DNA from: a virus
Length of the DNA stretch: 64,000 bases
Virus record (IMG/VR): IMGVR_UViG_3300045988_104412
Reading direction: 5' to 3' (one strand)
A model generated the notes under the pieces. That model ran no database searches. It was not told the DNA's origin and saw nothing but the letters and a program-made list of their open reading frames with translations. Below, piece after piece: positions 60,183 through 64,000 of the stretch. The first letter of the stretch is position 1, and the number at the start of each line of letters is the position of its first letter. The translations under genes were made by a program, and so were the position numbers.

Positions 60183-60308
60183 CTTCACGAGGCGGTTTTC
60201 TAATGTCTCTATAAATCCCGGCGGCGGTCGCTTGACCTGACGGAATATAGCGTACCGTCGCCATTCTTTTTGAAAACACAACACAACAACACAAAAACTT
60301 ATAAGAAT

Positions 60309-60872
60309 ATGGCAGTACAAGCAACATGTCCTGAACTCAAGGACATCCTCGCAGCTAATGAATGCTTGGAGAACTTTGGCGGTCTTGGTATCAATGTCTA
60401 TGCTTTCAACAAGGCCGACCTTAAGGCTCCGTTGAAGGCAGAAAAGAACATCTACCCTGCCCTGACCTCTGAATCGTTCAACACAGGCAAGGGTCTCTAC
60501 AAATTCGAGTGCAAGGAAAGTAGTCAGGGACACACTTTCGAGAGCCTTGGCCGCAGAAAAGGTTTCAAGCAGCAGCTCGACTACGTGCTTGAGAGCGTAG
60601 ACGCAGAATCGGCAGTAGTAGCTCGCGCCATGAACAACCTCGACCTTGGTTACATCATTCAGGATGGCGCGAAGAGCATCATCGTGTACGACTCTCAGCA
60701 CAAGTTTGAGTATGCTTCGGGTGGCATTAAGGGTGACACGGGCAAGAAGCCCGACGACGACCGTCAGGTGGAACTGAGCGGAACCCTGCAGCCCACAATG
60801 TACGGACGCTACGAGATTACAGAGCCTGAGACCGGCGGCTGGGACTCGCTTCTTGCGTCAAAAAACGCGTAA
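60309..60872 (+). CDS. hypothetical virion-module protein
   Basis: ATG 60309 after A/C-rich leader; 187 aa; hairpin GCGATATTG...CAATATCGC downstream. Confidence 0.55.
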   Translation: MAVQATCPELKDILAANECLENFGGLGINVYAFNKADLKAPLKAEKNIYPALTSESFNTGKGLYKFECKESSQGHTFESLGRRKGFKQQLDYVLESVDAESAVVARAMNNLDLGYIIQDGAKSIIVYDSQHKFEYASGGIKGDTGKKPDDDRQVELSGTLQPTMYGRYEITEPETGGWDSLLASKNA

Positions 60873-61164
60873 GCGATATTGAAACTCAGAGCGAAAGCAA
60901 TATCGCTACACAGGCTCTTGATGACGCCGATTCTTCTTTCTTCAGCGTAAACGATGGAGAAGATGAAACTTCGGCAAATAAGAGTAAGAAGTAATCGCTC
61001 ATACAAGATATACTACTCTTGTCATACGATAATCTCCGTATCAATCCTTTATATAAAAGGAAAGATACGGGGATTTTTTATTCTATAAACATTAGTGTTC
61101 TTATGTGTTTATCTTATAATTAGTGTTTTTAATACCAAACTGAAACAAATAGAACAAATATGCT

Positions 61165-61172
61165 TAAATTTG
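61165..61172 (+). promoter_or_regulatory. -7 promoter box TAAATTTG
   Basis: Exact TAnnTTTG 66 nt upstream of the LysR ATG. Confidence 0.5.
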
Positions 61173-61237
61173 CAATTAGAAACTCTTTTTTTGTTTGCAT
61201 TGTTACAAACATCGAATAACTAAAAATTATAGGATTT

Positions 61238-62167
61238 ATGGAACTAAGACATTTACGTTCATTTGTATTCGTTGCCGAAACGAAGTCGTTTAGCACGGCT
61301 GCAACACGCTGCTGTGTAACCCAGTCGGCGGTAAGTCAGCATATACGTGCCCTGGAGGACGAATTAGGTTGCAAGCTGCTTATTCGAACCTCTCACGATA
61401 TTATGCTCACGGAAAGCGGGACGACGCTATTGCCTCGCGCCAAAGAAATATTGAAGCAGACCGAGGACTGTAAAGAACAAATCAACGCCCTCAACAACTG
61501 TATGACGGGCGAATTGCGTATCGGTGTTGGCTCGTTTATCGCGCCGTATATCCGTATGGCGGCTTTGATTTTCATGGATCGATACCCTAATGTGCGCATC
61601 AACGCCGACTTTACCAAAGCGCACCTTCTCAACCAATCGTTAAGGGCACACATGTTAGACCTTGCATTCACTATGAATATGGCTTATAGTCACGAAGGGA
61701 TAGAGTCGAGACCTTGTATACCCTTCAACGTCTACGCCATCATGCGTGACACCCATCCACTTGCCGCTCTCCCGAAAGTTTCGTACGAAGACCTTAAGAA
61801 GCATCCCATCATCATGCCCGACGTTGGCGAGCGTGTATTTGAAACCTGCCAGCAGTACATTCAGCGCGATTTGCATAAGCTCAATATCAAATGTATTATC
61901 AGTGATCCCGACGAAGCTCTTGCCTCGGTTGAAGAGACCAAATACGTGACATTTATGCCCAAACTCTACTTGCGCAACCACCCCACCCTTGTAGCACGCC
62001 CCATTGTTGGACTTGAGCAGCAGTTGATGAGCAACGCGCATTGGATGCAAGATGTGCCCAAGAAGCGAGCCGCCCAACTCTTTCTGGATATAATCAGAGA
62101 TGAAGTTGTGCCATATATTGCTGTAGCGGAAGATTCGCGAGGGCAGTTCGTACCTCCACCTCGATAA
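61238..62167 (+). CDS. LysR-family transcriptional regulator
   Basis: MELRHLRSFVFVAETKSFSTAATRCCVTQSAVSQHIRALEDELGCKLLIRT HTH plus ~200-aa substrate-binding region. Confidence 0.9.
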   Translation: MELRHLRSFVFVAETKSFSTAATRCCVTQSAVSQHIRALEDELGCKLLIRTSHDIMLTESGTTLLPRAKEILKQTEDCKEQINALNNCMTGELRIGVGSFIAPYIRMAALIFMDRYPNVRINADFTKAHLLNQSLRAHMLDLAFTMNMAYSHEGIESRPCIPFNVYAIMRDTHPLAALPKVSYEDLKKHPIIMPDVGERVFETCQQYIQRDLHKLNIKCIISDPDEALASVEETKYVTFMPKLYLRNHPTLVARPIVGLEQQLMSNAHWMQDVPKKRAAQLFLDIIRDEVVPYIAVAEDSRGQFVPPPR

Positions 62168-62306
62168 ACATTAGAATCTCTTATAAAAAGCTAAGCCTCA
62201 CGTTAGCAGCGTGGGGCTTTTTTATGCTGTCATTAGCCGAAATTATACCTTATTTCACAGCAAAAACACTTAATGAGAAACACTTCACGTTCTCTACTTT
62301 CTACCC

Positions 62307-62314
62307 TACCTTTG
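62307..62314 (+). promoter_or_regulatory. -7 promoter box TACCTTTG
   Basis: Exact TAnnTTTG 15 nt upstream of ATG 62329 (44 nt upstream of alternative ATG 62359). Confidence 0.5.
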
Positions 62315-62328
62315 CATCAAGTTCAATA

Positions 62329-62874
62329 ATGAACGAAACAACCAAAACACAAAACACTATGCAGATTAAAACTAATGACGGCAACTATGATGTTGCCAGC
62401 AAGGGACTTGGCAACACAGCCCTGGGTCTCGGCATCGCAGGCTTGGCAACGAGTCTGCTGGGAGGCAGCGCCTCGCTTTTGGGCATCGGAAGAAACAACG
62501 GTATGACCGCCAACCCTGCCGACCCCGACGCACGTTTCGTAACCAAGAGTGAGACTAACCTTATTCAGGAGAACAGCACTCTGAAGACCGAACTCGCCAT
62601 TCAGAAGAGTGAAAACTACACCGACAAGAAACTTGTGGAAGTGACACAGTATCTCGACACGAAGCTGCGCCGCGTGGAAGACAAGGTAGACGCAAACAAG
62701 GATGCACAGCAGGCTGTCAACGCACAGCAGATGGCATACAATGCGGCAGCCAACGCCAGCATCGACGTGCTCAAGTCGCAGGTAGCATCTTTGTCGAGTG
62801 TAACCAAACTGTTCATTCCTTCTTCGAACGTATGCCAGACCGGCTGCGGTTGCGGTTGCGGATGCAATCAGTAA
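62329..62874 (+). CDS. membrane-anchored coiled-coil protein ending in a (Gly-Cys)4 tail
   Basis: Start moved inside the listed ORF because the promoter box lies at 62307-62314; GLGIAGLATSLLGGSASLLGIG helix; ...CQTGCGCGCGCNQ stop. Confidence 0.5.
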   Translation: MNETTKTQNTMQIKTNDGNYDVASKGLGNTALGLGIAGLATSLLGGSASLLGIGRNNGMTANPADPDARFVTKSETNLIQENSTLKTELAIQKSENYTDKKLVEVTQYLDTKLRRVEDKVDANKDAQQAVNAQQMAYNAAANASIDVLKSQVASLSSVTKLFIPSSNVCQTGCGCGCGCNQ

Positions 62875-63327
62875 GTGAATGAGGTAATCCAGTTAAATAT
62901 AAATATGGAATACAAGAACTCACAAATCTTGGCGGCGGTTGTGTCCGAGTGGGCACGCCCCGCCATTTCGCAGATTGCTGCGGGCAACCTTATGCGCCTG
63001 CCTATGCTTCAGTCGTTACAAGCCACCATTGGCTCGTTAGGCATCGTCAGCGGCAACTATGCCCTACAGAAAGACATCGAACCGCTCATTCTGCCCATCG
63101 TCAACTCGCTCATCACTCCGATGCTTGCCCGATATTTCGGTCAGATACCCGAAGAGAGCATACCGCAGATGGCGCATGATATTGTGGAGAAGATGCGCGA
63201 CAACGGGTCGATGTCGGTGCTCGAAGGCATGGTGACGTTTGAGGAAGAAGACCTTGCGGAACTTGCCGACCTTCTCGACAAGAACCTTCCCGTAGGGCAG
63301 ACACAAGACTATCAGGTGAAACATTAA
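62875..63327 (+). CDS. hypothetical protein
   Basis: GTG 62875 abuts upstream TAA; alternative ATG at 62905. Confidence 0.5.
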   Translation: MNEVIQLNINMEYKNSQILAAVVSEWARPAISQIAAGNLMRLPMLQSLQATIGSLGIVSGNYALQKDIEPLILPIVNSLITPMLARYFGQIPEESIPQMAHDIVEKMRDNGSMSVLEGMVTFEEEDLAELADLLDKNLPVGQTQDYQVKH

Positions 63328-63387
63328 ACAGAGTAACAAACCCAGCGGCGGCAAGCATCGTCGCTATAATAAAACAGAAAAAAGATT

Positions 63388-63816
63388 ATGAACAAACGTA
63401 CTATTCCGGCTATAATCGTAGCCACTCTTGCGGCAGGTGCTACCGCCGCCGCACCTTATTATGATGTCAATATCACACAGCAGCTCTGCACGCCGGCTTG
63501 CGTAGACGAGACACCCGTGTTCGCTCCGAAGTTCTCCGTCAAGAGCATTGCCAACGTAGGCACATCGCAGTATATCATCGTCATTCACGTCGAAGGTGTA
63601 ATAAGCTACATCCCTTGCAACTGCGGCTCGTGCTGCACACGCTCACAAGTGGTGTCGCAAGACTTCACCATCCCCGTGTTCAGCGCTACCGCCATCAACT
63701 CAGCAAACATAGCAGTTGGAACCGTACAGAACGGCATCGCACGCGTTTCGTGCTGTAGTTGCTCCAAGACCTTCGTCTCCGACTGCCCCGTAACACTTAC
63801 CCTTGCAACAACATAA
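63388..63816 (+). CDS. Cys-rich exported protein
   Basis: N-terminal IPAIIVATLAAGATAAA hydrophobic signal/anchor; motifs CNCGSCC and CCSCS. Confidence 0.55.
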   Translation: MNKRTIPAIIVATLAAGATAAAPYYDVNITQQLCTPACVDETPVFAPKFSVKSIANVGTSQYIIVIHVEGVISYIPCNCGSCCTRSQVVSQDFTIPVFSATAINSANIAVGTVQNGIARVSCCSCSKTFVSDCPVTLTLATT

Positions 63817-63820
63817 AACC

Positions 63821-64000
63821 ATGATAGTTCTGATAGCTATAGCCACTATGATAGCCGCCACGCTTGCCCAGCATCTCGGACTTGCCGAAGCCATGGCCCG
63901 TGTTGTAGACAAGGTCGCATCGTGTCCTCAGTGTTTCACTTTCTGGACTACAATGACGACATTGCTCTACCTCGGCTATGATGTCTATGTATCTGCTTTG
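63821..64000 (+). CDS. membrane protein, 3' end outside window
   Basis: ATG 63821; MIVLIAIATMIAATLAQHL...; frame open to window end. Confidence 0.35.
   Translation, partial: MIVLIAIATMIAATLAQHLGLAEAMARVVDKVASCPQCFTFWTTMTTLLYLGYDVYVSAL

Larger units (their letters stand above)
1..64000. mobile_element. Part of a large tailed-phage genome with plasmid-like maintenance genes (candidate phage-plasmid), Bacteroidota-type expression signals
   Basis: terL, tape-measure, S49 prohead protease, capsid-position gene, holin-like gene, replisome genes, plus parA/RHH/rep/iterons; TAnnTTTG promoter boxes; A/C-rich SD-less leaders; no integrase in window. Confidence 0.85.

Noticed and set aside
60873-61237. 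Prophage/host boundary before the LysR gene
   Set aside because: It is not supported. No direct repeats, integrase, tRNA target or change in sequence style is visible. The question cannot be settled without flanking sequence, so it is left as an open question in the findings.

Overview
The window looks like about 64 kb of a large tailed-phage genome. It uses Bacteroidota-type expression signals: TAnnTTTG -7 promoter boxes, A/C-rich leaders without Shine-Dalgarno sites, and lipoprotein/SPI signal peptides. The layout from left to right is as follows.

- **1-3.6 kb:** the end of a BspA/DUF285-repeat fibre-like gene, a candidate lysis cassette, and a minus-strand lipoprotein plus HTH pair.
- **3.8-17 kb:** about 25 small early-type genes. 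Each has its own hairpin/promoter cassette, and unusual non-coding elements lie between them: a GC-rich island, a 23 x 10-bp array, two tRNA-top-half-like 50-mers, and repeated pre-start elements. An NAD-dependent ligase with a membrane anchor is also here.
- **17.3-21.1 kb:** a plasmid-style maintenance island with an A/C-rich repeat tract, parA, an RHH protein, iterons and a Rep_3-like initiator.
- **22.8-34.6 kb:** a divergent HTH switch and replisome genes (DEDD exonuclease, Zn-finger/SF3 primase-helicase, SSB-like protein, beta clamp).
- **34.7-42.1 kb:** a minus-strand operon joining terL to two DNA methyltransferases, a PP-loop/PAPS-reductase-like gene and a radical SAM gene. Three of these genes are interrupted at homopolymer runs or by an in-frame TAG.
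- **42.2-50.2 kb:** a holin-like gene and a 2066-aa tape-measure protein.
- **50.2-56.9 kb:** a 0.8-kb non-coding region, then an AEP primase-like gene and a nucleotide module (RlmN/Cfr-like radical SAM, guanylate-kinase-like, divergent ThyX-like).
- **57.0-60.9 kb:** tRNA(CAU), an S49 prohead protease/scaffold and a capsid-position gene.
- **61.2-64.0 kb:** a LysR regulator and a Cys-rich small-protein cluster.

No integrase, reverse transcriptase, cas gene or rRNA was seen. The most interesting leads are the phage-plasmid maintenance island, the 10-bp phased array, the two radical-SAM-containing modification modules, and the broken modification genes. All functional calls rest on motifs read by eye and recalled family consensus. 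None has been checked by a database search.
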